Assembly (NCBI RefSeq): GCF_006345805.1
Contig: NC_043018.1
Span: 16,430,001 to 16,494,000, forward strand
Direction of reading: 5' to 3'
Source: Octopus sinensis
Lineage: Eukaryota
Length of the DNA: 64,000 nt
Under the pieces are notes generated by a model. It was not told the origin of the DNA. It ran no database searches and was given only the letters and a program-made list of their open reading frames with translations. A program made the translations under genes and the position numbers. Position 1 is the first letter of the stretch, and every line of letters begins with the position of its first letter. Positions 41,329-54,045 of the stretch are shown in pieces.

Positions 41329-42181
41329 TATATATATATATATATGTATGTATGTATATATGTATGTATGCATGTATGTATGTATGTATGTATATGTTGT
41401 CCTCCGAACATCGCTTGATAAACAATCTTGATGTTTGTTCATCCCCGTAACGTGGCGGTTCGGCAAGAGATAAAGATAGAATAAGTACAAGGCAAGTCCT
41501 GGTGGCGATTATTTACTGACATACATCAATACACAACTTCTTACCTCTCTTCTAACTACCTCGGCGAAATTTGAACTCAGAGCGTAGCGGCAGACGAAAT
41601 ACCTCTAAGTATATCGCCCGGCGTACTAACGATTCTGCCAGCTCACAGCCTTTCCCATCTAACTATTAACACCATTTATTTATTAATTACCCTGTCACTA
41701 AGTCGGTGAACTGGCAGAAACGTTAGCACGCCGGGTTAGGTGTTAAGCGTTATTTCGTCTGTCTCTACGTTCTGAGTTCAAATTCCGCCGAGATCGACTT
41801 TGCCTTTCATCCTTTCGGGTCGATAAATTAAGTACCAGTTGTTTACTGGGGTCGATCTTTTCTACTGGCCCCACTCCCCCAAAATGTCGGGCCTCATACC
41901 AAGACTAGAAAAGAATTACCCTATCACTGTCTACATCTACTTATCTACTTATCAAATTCGGAAAATATATATTCGTAGACTTGGTTTTTTAAAAATACTG
42001 GAGAAAGTACAAATGACAATTTTTGAAAGAATGGAAAAATATCACCCGTCCAATTTGTTTCGGTTCTGCATGCTGTACATTCACATCTGGTTGGGTTTTT
42101 TGGCGTCAATAAAATGCAACAACTTCTTCCCTAACGAGAAAACATAATTTAATGAGTTTCTACAATACTCTGTATTTACAG

Positions 42182-42338
42182 GAGGGCATGCTCAAAGTCT
42201 AGGTGTTACATGGATATGCCAACCAACTTTTGCTGCGAAGGTCTGAGATGTCGATGCATTTGGGAATTATGGATATGCCGGTGTGTTCCTGAAGATAACA
42301 CCCTTGGCACTCAGAAAAAGAAAATCTGCAAACTATAA
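42182..42338 (+). CDS. Cystine-knot (agatoxin-like) peptide gene 1, last coding exon (mature peptide); upstream exons not seen
   Basis: Acceptor TGTATTTACAG, then G+RACSKSRCYMDMPTNFCCEGLRCRCIWELWICRCVPEDNTLGTQKKKICKL*; frame and Cys pattern conserved in two paralogues; AATAAA at 42455. Confidence 0.85.
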
Positions 42339-42454
42339 CTTACAACTGTGATTTTCTTACAAAACTAAATTTAATACGACGAATGTATTTTATATCTAAT
42401 ATATTTATGCTATTATTCCGTCAAATTTTAATGAAATCTCAATTAAATATGTTT

Positions 42455-42460
42455 AATAAA
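42455..42460 (+). terminator. Putative polyadenylation signal, gene 1
   Basis: AATAAA about 117 nt after the stop, followed by a TG/T-rich tract; conserved in unit Y. Confidence 0.55.
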
Positions 42461-43452
42461 GCATTGCAGAACACTTTGTGCTTCGTTTTTCACTGTGCTA
42501 TTTGTTTGTAAGTTATTGAACGGTATCAAAGTCTTTGTGGTTTGTTCTTCGCTGTGGTGTTTGCCTTTAAGTTATCGATATGAATGGTAAGACTTTACAT
42601 TGCAGTGGTATGCTATATAATTGTAAAAACATATATTCTCCTAGTTCTATTTTATAAAATTTAAAAAAGACATAGGAAAAAATTAAAAGATAAGAAAGGA
42701 AAGAGAGAAAAAAGTGAACCAGTAGAAATTCAATTAAGGGGCGATTGGTCACATAACCCAGAACGAATAGTGTGCTCAGATGGGCCTCGCAGAAGTGACT
42801 CTGATGGCGTTGCCGCGAAGAACGATGCAACAGTCACTTCCTGAGTCTCATTAATCCAATGGGCCGCCTTCATCCCTAATTTGGAATGAAGTCCAAGTAC
42901 ACCTGAGCTCTCGACGTACCCTGTACAAATTGATAGCAAATATTTCTTGAATGATCTGTCCTCGTGATTATGGAAGGTGACACCTGGAGTAGCAACCGTT
43001 GCAGCAAGGTTGGTTCGTTGTCAAAAATTTTTATTGATGTTGTGGTGATCGGACAGTCGTAAGCGAGAAGATAGGTGATTGAGTAACGATCGATAGTTTA
43101 CTGAGTTATGATCAATAAGTAATTGAGTTACTATCGATAGGTGATTGAGTTATGATCACTTCCAGCTTCGTTTTGACTGATGTAATGTGCATAGGTTCCC
43201 ACTGTGCACACTGTCGTTCCATTCTTAAGATGGCTGCACTTGATACGATGATGGGCTTTCAGTAATTCGTTGCAAGGCGAGTCATCACGATGTCTTCCGC
43301 ATCTCCTTGACTGAGGATGCAAAATTGAACCGAGTATGTCAAATAATTAAATATATACACACAAATATATACATATATATATATATACGCATATATATGT
43401 AGATGGATACATACATACATACATAAATATAGATACAAACACACAACACACG

Positions 43453-43511
<59 letters not shown>

Positions 43512-44338
43512 CTATGATTAATTAATAATATCAATGGGTAATTTGAAATATTTCCATAACCAGAAGCCTAGCATATAGAAAATTTACGCAATGGACTAAA
43601 TATTACTCATATAAATACTGTGTACATTTAAACACAAAAGTGGTATCCATCATAGGATTAACTGCACGCTAGAGAGGACAGTTAAATTCCAAACCACCAT
43701 TAGGGATAAAATTTAAAATGCAAAGAAAAATTAAAACATTTACCATCTAACAACTTGACCAATGATTTCAGACGTTTTTTAGCAAATGAAATAATTTGCT
43801 CGGCGAAGGCTTCTTCAGCAGGTACATCTTAGATTAAATATATATACACGAGGCAATGCAGTATCTGCTTCGTGCTTATATATTCTTATATTTTCAAATC
43901 ACCGAACAAGCGCAGCTCCCTCTCGTCTATAAATAAATATTACGGCTTTTTATTTCGAAAATTATCCAAGAAATAATTTATCACTAATTAATAATATTAA
44001 AGGGTAATCTGAAATATTAGAAATTTCCATTACCAGTGGCTTAGCGTGTAAAACATTTACTCAATAGATTATATGTTATTCATATAAATGCAGTTTACAT
44101 ATGAACAAAAAAAGGTGTATCCATCATACGGATACCTGCACGCTAGAGAGGACAGTTTTTAGGGATAAAATTTCGAATGGTATGGAAAGTAAAACATCCC
44201 TAATAGTGGTTTGTAATTTAACTGTCCTCTCTAGCGTGCAAGTACCCTATGATACATACCTCTTTTGTCTTTAAATGCACACTGTATATATATATATATA
44301 TATGTATGTATGTGTGTGTATATGTATATGTATGTATG

Positions 44339-44386
<48 letters not shown>

Positions 44387-44744
44387 TAATATATATAATA
44401 AAATACGAAATGGGACAAGAATGGAAAACATCCGAACAAATAGGTAATACAAAAAAGGGACAACAAAACATCCAGATAAACGATACAAAAAAAAACGGAC
44501 GGGTCGTTCGAAGCATTTAATTTTCAGTTAAGAACCGGATCATCCTCGCAATCACGGCTGATTAATCTTGAGATTGCTTCAATCTGGCCAGCCCCAAGGA
44601 AAAACAAAGCTAAGAGCATTAGATGCCTTGGAGAAAAGCATCGAATGTATACGAAACAAAGACGGAGAAACGTACGATGTTACACGAATATAAATACAGA
44701 AATAACACAAAGAAATAATAACAACAAAAACAATAATAATAATA

Positions 44745-44802
<58 letters not shown>

Positions 44803-45444
44803 TGATAATAATTATAACAGGACATAATAACAGGCGTCTTTCGACTGGGGACAAATTGGATTCGTCTGGCGTGTTGGGAATTAAGCCTTACGGCAGAGGG
44901 AAAGGGGTCTCTGTGGCAGTGATCGTGGTCAAACGCAAAAGGGCTAAGGGTCGGCCAACAGTCACGTGAGAAGCGAAGAGTGAGAAAAAGAGGAACAAAA
45001 GAACCAAAGAGGGAGAGAAGAGAGAGAAAATGTGGAACAAAGGATTAAGTATGCGGAGAAGAGAGAGAAAGCGAGAGAGGGTGTGTAGACGGAAGAATCA
45101 AGGAGTGGTGAGAAAAAAAGAGAGATAGTGACACAGAGAAGGGCAAAGTAAGAAAGGCAAAGAAATGTGAGAGAGGGGAGAGAGAGAGAGAGAAAGTGTT
45201 GAAGAAGTCGTTCAAAATTTAGTGAAATGTGTACTTACATATAAGAGAACAAATATGTACGTAAGCCGCCGCCGCTGAAGAGGGGAAAATTTCTTATGAC
45301 CAATACGGTAATAACGAATTTTTAGAGATTTCTATCGGTTTATTTCGAAACGCATAAACTTTAATGGTTATCGACAAAAAATTTTCGTTTCGGCATATTT
45401 GGCATTAGAATTTTTCTTCTGCCCTTATCTTGTAAATTATATAT

Positions 45445-45545
<101 letters not shown>

Positions 45546-45627
45546 GTGTGAAGAAGTCGTTCAAAATTTAGTCAAATGTTTACTTACATATAAGAGAATA
45601 AGAGAACAAAGTATACGTACGCCGCTG

Positions 45628-45662
<35 letters not shown>

Positions 45663-47423
45663 ATGTGTGTGTGTGTGTGTTTGTGTGAGTGCGTGTGCGT
45701 GTGTCATTTTTTATTTGTGAAAGGGATAAGCAGTGGGTTGAGTAAAACATATGAACGACTTTTTGGCGATATTTGTCAAAAGATGTAGCTACACTTCTCA
45801 TCGACAAAAATCTTACAGCAATTACTCTTTCAAACTGTTGCTGTCATCTATCATGAAGATACTCTGCCGATTGCAATGCCAAGTGCAGGATATGAGATGT
45901 GTACTGTCAGCATATTTCGCGGAAGCCTTAAAACGTCAGAGGAAAGGCTTTTTGGTATTTATTCAGGCTTCTATATTCTGAGTTCGAATCCCTGCAGTTC
46001 AACTGTTCCTTCCCTCCTTTTTGAGACGATAAATAAGGTTCCAATATTCCCCACCCCCTTTCCGATATTCGTAGAAACTTGAGGTCGTTTAATTAACGTC
46101 CAGAAATTATGACAGTTTGCAACACGATTTTTGACCTTAGGTAGCAACTGTTATTTCCTCTTTGCTTATCCCTAGAAACTGTGCAAAATGAATAATATTT
46201 CCACCAGACATTGATGACCTTAGATTGATTCAAACCACAAAGATTCCCCTTTCAGGCTCTCCAACTACTCCTGCCAATTATCAGAGATGCAGGTATAGTC
46301 AGCCACTAAAGGACATCTTCAAGTGGTTAAGGTCAAGTAACTGGCGAACAAGTTTGTTGTATTGATCAGAATATTCGCTAAGACAATATTTTTGCTTCAG
46401 CAAACTAGCCCCGAATCTTTGGAAAATGTAATAGAAAATGGGTCACTTTGAAAGCATTGATGTCCAAGCACAAAAGCAATGTGTGAAGGGAAGAGAAGTC
46501 ATTTCCTTTAACTTCCAAATAGAAGTAAACAGGAGATAACACTTACTATTCAACGATAAAAGAAAGAATAGAAAAATAACTTAGTGTCATCTATGTCACA
46601 GATAACCTAGCCTTTCTTAGCCAGATTTCTGATTAAGTACTATTAATATTGTAAGCAAGCATCTTTAGTAGTATCTCAGCTCTCAATCTATCATGTAAAA
46701 TTTATTGGAGATCGAATCTAAGCTGTGCTGCAAAGAGATGTTACGGCCCGACTTTGATTATTCTAATATCGGTAAATTAACGTCTTGAAGAAATCTCTGA
46801 ACTAACTTCTTGATAAACGTGTGCAACTCTGACGTCTAAAGAAATAAAATCTACATTTACACGTGATATATGGAAAATTCCAGATTATATTTTAAAAAAG
46901 GATGCCCATTTTTTACATAAGGTCGATTTAATATAAAAGTATACATTTTATTTCATATTAAAGCTCCGATAGAAAATATAAAGCTGTCATAAATAAAATA
47001 TCATTTGTTATAAAGACTTTGAGATCAGAGATAATCAGGATCTAAGCAACAATTTGGACTTGCACGTCTGAATCAGTCGTAAGTTGGTTTCTGAAAAAGA
47101 ACTTAAAATTTGTCTCCAAAGAAGAACATTGACATAACCGAAGATATAAATTTCGAGATAGTTTGAAATGATGTTTTCTAATTACTAATTCACACAGCTG
47201 GACGAAGTGCACGGCGATTTAGTAAATATTGTATAACATTAATCAAATTGATGATGCTTATACATACACACATACATACTGACATACACACATACACACA
47301 TGCATACACATATAGGCACATATATACATACATACACACATACATAGAGACATCCATACATACACACATACACACATATATACATACATACGTAAGTTCA
47401 TACATAGATACATACGTACATAC

Positions 47424-47456
<33 letters not shown>

Positions 47457-47477
47457 CACGCACACACACATACACAA

Positions 47478-47543
<66 letters not shown>

Positions 47544-49255
47544 TATAGATCTGCGTGTGTGTGTGTAAAGAAGAAGAGAAAACACAAGGTGGTCAATTTC
47601 AAGAATAGAAAAGAAAACGACAGCTGGAGTCAGCAAAGTTTAACGGTGTTCATTGAATAACTGGCACTACACAACCCTCATCAACCACTTTGAACTTTGC
47701 ACAAGAGAAAGTCTACTGAGCTGTTTGTAAAATACCGTTCGAATCTAATAAGTATGTATCATTTAAATTATTCTTTGCGTCTGTTTGATTAGTTATGGTG
47801 ATTATGTTATGGTAATTATGATGGTGGTAGTGGCAGAGCTTAAACCGTTTGTTGCCTGTTTGCATGTGAACAATCGATGATCTGCAAAGAGAGAGGATCA
47901 CCGGAATGATTTACTGATTTTCATTTTACATCTCATCAATTGTATTTGATGAAAGGGAATCAGTTGACCCCTTCAGTTTGGATGAAGTCGGGCTTTTGTA
48001 AATTTTGTTTTTTAATTAACGTAAATCGTTTGCTAAGAAACAAGTGAACCTATTTTGGCTGGATGTTTGTGTTATACATTTCTCATTATTTTACGAAAGA
48101 TTTTCCCATTTTCTTACTTTATGTCAAAACATTCACATCCAACAAACTGATGATCTTTGCAACACTGGCCAACTGCTTCCCTCTTTTCCATAGAACATTA
48201 TTTGACCAATTTTGCTGTCCATGGGTTGCTGTTGGTACTGAGTTGATTGAACAGTATTCTTTGTTTTAAATCATGTGAATACATTCTGGTTCTGGAGTAG
48301 CTTTGTCATAGCAGTCAAAAAAATATGCAATTCATATAGCGTTTTTAGTTGGTGTGTGTGTGTGTGTATGCGCGTGTGTGTGCGTGCGTGTTTGGTAACA
48401 ATGCTATATCTAAATGATGAATGTAGAATCTTGAAGATATCTTTTGACATTTACTGAATACTGTCCCGTATTTAGCGCAGAGCCGACATGCATAACCTTC
48501 TTCTGATATGAGACTTATACCTGGGGTACTTCTTCTTCGATTCTTCGCTTAGTTTTTCCTTGCCCAGATTAGTCGTTGACATACCTCATAAATAAAACAA
48601 TAGTAAGACCATTAATTAAAAGAGATACGTAATATGATGCTCTTCCAGAAAGTATTGTATTTAAAAAGATAACGATAAACATGTGTCTCTGTGAGGATTA
48701 TATGACACATTTATTCCGCACCAAACAAATGCATTTAGTCATGTTTAGTCCTAGATTGTTACATACAAGTGCAACATTTTATAAGTGAAATGTGCAGGAA
48801 AGTATTATTTGGGTTGCAGTAAACAGTGAAAATACATTTGACTGAGTGCATTTCACATACAACATTTCACCAACTGCGAACTGACAAACATCTCGTAATT
48901 GTTTTGATTGCAGAAATAAAAATAATATAGCTATAGAAGCTAGATATACTTGAAGTAAGAATATTTCATTCACTGTTAGCAATATGGGGAATATTTTGGA
49001 CAAATGCTTCGATGACGTCATCTTCTCCTAAATTATATATTCACATTTGTAATTAAATCTACATTAGTTCTGTTGATGCAATTAAATTAGCCATATTACT
49101 GTTTAAATGGTAAATCTTGGTTTTTAGTGAAATATATTTGAACAGCTAAAAGATAATGGTTACCTAAATTTCAGCTGTAGACTGTTGCTTATTTTCTAAG
49201 AAAAATGCTTTTGTATTAATCACTCTCGTTATATGTGTCTATCATCAGGTGCGTG

Positions 49256-49319
49256 ATGAAAGGCATCAGTGTCCTATTGTTTTGTGTATTCATTTCATAC
49301 ACCTTCTCGGATAAACGAG
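49256..49319 (+). CDS. Cystine-knot peptide gene 2, signal-peptide exon
   Basis: Acceptor ATCATCAG at 49248; ATG 49256 reads MKGISVLLFCVFISYTFSDKR+G; donor GTAAGT at 49320 (phase 1); basic-hydrophobic-TFS signal pattern. Confidence 0.88.
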
Positions 49320-50078
49320 GTAAGTATAATTAGAAATTTCTTTTATTTTATAGCAATCCGAAACGTAGTGGGAGAAAAGGCGGAAAATAGAAGGGCGGGA
49401 AGGAGGAAAATGAATAACGTTACCTTAACGGTCTTTCGGGTGTACCCCATTTATATGCAATTAAAGCTTTTAAATAAATAACTCTATTTATCAAAACTAC
49501 GCATAGACCAAGTATACGGAGTTAAGATTCTTCTATATAATATATAACATTTAATTAACAACATAACTGATACAAATCCGGAAGGATTCTACTGGTGTGC
49601 TCTCATCTCTTACTCCGGTATTTGATTCAGAACGTAAACACGAACGAAAGGACACTAAGCACCTTGCTCGTCGATCTAACCATTCTGCCAGCTCTCCGCC
49701 GCCGCCCTTAGAATTCTAAATTATTAAAATAATTACAGAAGATATTCAGCAAGTGCTGTATATATAATGTTTCACGTGTCTTTTGTTTGTCTTCTTGTCA
49801 TTCCTTTTTATTGGTCCTTTGGTTTTTTTATCTCCTTTTATGTATTAAAAACATCCATCACTACAGTGATGAGCCATATTTAAGTGTAGGAGTGAGGAAC
49901 TTCGAGTTCCAGTCTTCATGATCCTGCATCTTGTTTCAGATCGTCTTACCAGAAATACGTTATCCTCTATTCAATGAATTACCTGTTGAGTGCTTCATGG
50001 ATAATTTGTGTATTTCTACACGAGACTTTGGTAAATAGACTCCTAATGCTTCCATATGTATTTTAATACTTCTTTCAG

Positions 50079-50139
50079 ATGTCGCTTCACTCCGTCAACA
50101 GACAGGAGATTCTCTAGTTTTGAGAATTATGAATAAAAG
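50079..50139 (+). CDS. Cystine-knot peptide gene 2, propeptide exon
   Basis: TCTTTCAG acceptor; 61 nt, phase 1 to phase 2: (D)VASLRQQTGDSLVLRIMNK(R); donor GTAAGA at 50140; phases match both neighbouring exons. Confidence 0.88.
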
Positions 50140-50334
50140 GTAAGATCTACATATCGACATATGTTATCCAATTAATAGACAAGCGCCCTCTTGTAAGATT
50201 TCATTGTTTGTGTCTATAGTAGAGAGGTTATCTTTCTTGAGACTCATTCCTGATTGTAGTTTTCGCGTAAAAGGGAATATGAAACGGCAATATATCAAGT
50301 GAGACGATAGGGGAAAAATTTCAGGAGTAATATA

Positions 50335-50580
50335 GGCGTATGAGTGGCTGTGTGGTAAGGAGCTTGATTATCAAACACATGGTTTCAGGTTCAGTCCCAC
50401 TGCGTGGCAATTTGGGCGAGTGTCTCCTACCATAGCCTCGGGTCGACCAAAGCCTTGTGAGTGGATTTGGTAGAGGGAAACTGGAAGAAGCTCGTCGTAT
50501 ATATGTATTTATATATGTAGGTGTGTGTATATGTTTGTGTGTCTGTGTTTGTCCCACCCCTCCCAATACCGCTTGACAAT
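50335..50580 (+). mobile_element. SINE family A copy in intron 2 of gene 2
   Basis: Family head; a paralogous insertion lies at 60672-61040. Confidence 0.8.
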
Positions 50581-51269
50581 ACCAGCTGAATGAATGTGGT
50601 AGAGGAAAAACTGAATGGAATTCTATAATATATATCTATTATAGGGACCTGTCGAAATTCCACGGAATGGAAAAAGTAAAGAGGACCTGTTTAAGAGAGA
50701 AAGGAGTATTCTTTAAATATTCTTGACGTTTGTCTGCATCCATTTCCTCACGTCATCGACTGCATTATTTTTACCTCTTTCCCCCTCTGATCCGTGCTCC
50801 ATGTCTGCTCATTCTTTCTCGAGATGCTTTTAACTGTATTTCCTGGGTATCCAGAGTTGGCCTCTAGTAACAAATATCAAATTTTAAGCGAGCACATAAT
50901 AAATAACTACACTTATGCGATAAGCAATGGCAAATTTAGTTCATAAAAATAGATACTTTTCACTATCAACACACCACCACCACTACCACCACCATCACAG
51001 CAGCAGCATTCTCTTTCTCTCTCTATATATATATATCTTTCTTACTCTCTTTCTTTCTATATCTCTTTCTTTCTCTCTCTCTCTTTCTCTCTCTCTCTTT
51101 TTCTCTCTCTCTCTCCCTCTCGCTCGTATTCTCTTTTTCTCTCGTTCTTCGCCTCTACTTTCAGCTCACCAGACAACGCTTTTGGCTTAATTATATTAAT
51201 ATTAATCACTTCTCTCTAATTTTGCCTCTCTTTTTCTTCACTCCTCCCTCTCTCTCTTCTCAGTCTTAT

Positions 51270-51636
51270 TCCATATATAAATCTGAAGTTGTCTGTTTGT
51301 ATCAGCTGTGGTAGCCTTCAACTAACACTGTCTCCTCCGAGACCCTGCGGCGTAAGTTGACCAAAATTGAGAGTATGATAGAAGAAGGCTTGCTCTTTCT
51401 TCCGTAGACGAAAACATTCAAGTCGGGCCATGTAAACACCAAAAATGATTTACATCACAAGGGTGCTTTTTTTCTATGAAAATCCCTACCTTTTGCGATT
51501 TTGTAATTGCTGTGTAACCAGAAAAATGTTCTCTTAAAGAGAATAAGAAACTACACAAATCAAAATTTTTACTTTTCAAAAATTCTAATTCTAAAAGGTC
51601 GAAACAAAGCCGAGCAACGCCGAGCGATACTGCTAG
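51270..51636 (+). mobile_element. Non-autonomous Helitron-like element in intron 2 of gene 2
   Basis: 3' GCCGAGCAACGCCGAGCGATACTGCTAG as at 3181-3211; the 5' part is repeated at about 61925-62120. Confidence 0.5.
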
Positions 51637-52666
51637 TTAATATATAATGGGCGAACGAACAAGTAGATTATCATACATGTGTTTCCATGTGCGCGTATAT
51701 TTCCCGTTCTTGGATTGCACAATGTGTGATATAATTTAGCGGTCACCTACACAAACACAAGAGAGGTTGATCTTCATATTAATATTACTATTTTCTTGCA
51801 AGCTAATTTAGCTAAAATTATATACACAATTGTGACATGCTATGCAGCTTCAAGAACTTAAGCATTTACTTATAGACAGACATTAATGTCCATCCTTAAT
51901 AAATGACAATGAAGCAACGAGGCAAGAAAGCCGGTTTCTCTTTCTTTCTTTCATTTTATTTGATACAGAGACAAATAAACCAAAGTAACCAGTTTTGAAA
52001 AGCATATAAAGTTTAAGATTCCCATTTCAAAAGTTATTTTCAAGATGGAGGATTGTTTTGTCTCTTCTTTTGGAAACGTCGTTTTCATATCTTATTTAGG
52101 ATGCGTAGAGAAGTACATAGGACAAAAAATAATGACCGTAACAAAAGAACTGCAGGTTTAATTTCCCAGTTGCAGACGAGAAAATCTCGGTTAAAATCTG
52201 CTGTGATTCATGAATCAAAATTTTAATTTATTAATTTATGTCAGAATAGCGCTGATAAATTCCAACATAGAGGATCAATAAGATTTAAGCTGATTGAAGA
52301 TAAATTAAGCTCCAGTTGTTTACTGGAGTCGATCTTTTCTACTGGCCCCACTCCCCCAAAATGTCGGGCCTTATACCAAGATTAGAAAAGAATTACCCTA
52401 TCACTGTCTACATCTACTCATCTACTTATGAAATCGGAAAATATATATTCATAGACTTGGTTTTTTAAAAATACTGGAGAAAGTACAAATGACAATTTTT
52501 GAAAGAATGGAAAAATATCACCCGTCCAATTTGTTTCGGTTCTGCATGCTGTAAATTCACATCTGGTTGGGTCTTTTGGCGTCAATAAAATGCAACAACT
52601 TCTTCCCTAACGAGAGAACATAATTTAATGAGTTTCTTATTTCACTACAATACTCTGTATTTACAG

Positions 52667-52847
52667 GTACGCATGCTCAAAGACTAAGTGTTACAAAGAT
52701 ATGCCAACCTACTTTTGCTGTCCAGGTCTGAGATGTCGTTGCATTTGGGAATTAAAGATATGCCGGTGTGTTCCTGAAGATACCACCCTTGGCACTCAGA
52801 AAAAGAAAACTCAAAAGGTAAAAGAAGAGAAAGTCTGCAAAACATAA
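52667..52847 (+). CDS. Cystine-knot peptide gene 2, mature-peptide exon
   Basis: TGTATTTACAG acceptor; G+YACSKTKCYKDMPTYFCCPGLRCRCIWELKICRCVPEDTTLGTQKKKTQKVKEEKVCKT*; the spliced precursor is 101 aa. Confidence 0.88.
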
Positions 52848-52954
52848 CTTACAACTGTGACTTTTCTTACAAACCTAAATTAATACGACGAATGTATTTA
52901 ATATCTAATATATTTATGCTATTATTCCGTTAAATTTTAATGAAATCTCAATTA

Positions 52955-52969
52955 AATAAATTTAATAAA
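52955..52969 (+). terminator. Putative polyadenylation signals, gene 2
   Basis: AATAAA at 52955 and 52964, followed by a T/TG-rich tract. Confidence 0.55.
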
Positions 52970-53588
52970 GCATTACAAATACTTAGTGCTTCGTTTTTCA
53001 CTGTGCTATTTGTTTGTAAGTTATTGAACGGTAACAAAGTCTTTGTGGTTTGTTCTTCGCTGTGGTGCTTGCCTTTAAGTTATCGATATGAATGGTAAGA
53101 ATTTACATTGCATTGGGATGCTATATTATTGTAAAAACACATATTCTCCGAGTTCTATTTTATTAAATTTAAAAAAGAAATGGGAAAAAATAAGAGATAA
53201 GAAAGGAAAAGAGGGAAAAACAACAAATTAGGGGAGGCGCGATTGGTCACATAACCCAGATCGAATAAGGTAAGCTGTGGCTCGCAGTAGTGACTCTGAT
53301 GGCGTTGCCGCGAAGAACGATGCAGCAGCCACTTCCTGAGGCTCATTAATCCAATGGGCCGCCTTCATCCCTAATTTGGAATGAAGTCCAAGAACACCGG
53401 AGGTCACGATGTACCCGGTACAAACTGATAGCAGCCAGTGAGGACCAGATATTTCTTGAATGTTCTTTTATCGTGATTATGGAAGATGACACCCGCATTT
53501 GCAGCCGTTGCAACAAGGTTGGTTCCTTGTCAAAAATATTTATTGATGTTGTGGTGTTGATCATCGGACTGTTCTAGTCGAGCAGACA

Positions 53589-53718
53589 GGTGATTGAGTT
53601 ACGATCGATAGGTGATTGAGTTATGATCGATAGGTGATTGAATTATGATCGATAGGTGGTAGAGTTATGATCGATAGGTGATTAAGTTATGGTCGATAGG
53701 TGATTGAGTTATGATCAC
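53589..53718. repeat. 22-bp tandem repeat (AGGTGATTGAGTTATGATCGAT), about 6 copies
   Basis: Direct reading; a shorter degenerate array lies at about 43073-43160 in unit X. Confidence 0.85.
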
Positions 53719-53906
53719 TTCTAACTTCATTTTGACAGATATAATATGTATAAGTTCCCACTGTGCACACAGTATTTCCATTCTTAAGAAGGCTGCACTT
53801 GATAAGATGATGGGTTTTCCAGTAATTCGTTGCCAGGCGAGTGATCACGATGTCATCCGCATCTCCTTGACTGAGGTTGCAAAATTGAACCAAGTATGTA
53901 ATATAA

Positions 53907-53954
<48 letters not shown>

Positions 53955-53960
53955 ACACAC

Positions 53961-54045
<85 letters not shown>

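Noticed and set aside
49269-49481. Paralogous ORFs MSYCFVYSFHTPSR... (also 59592-59804)
   Set aside because: They overlap the real signal exon in another frame and read through its GTAAGT donor; conservation reflects the segmental duplication
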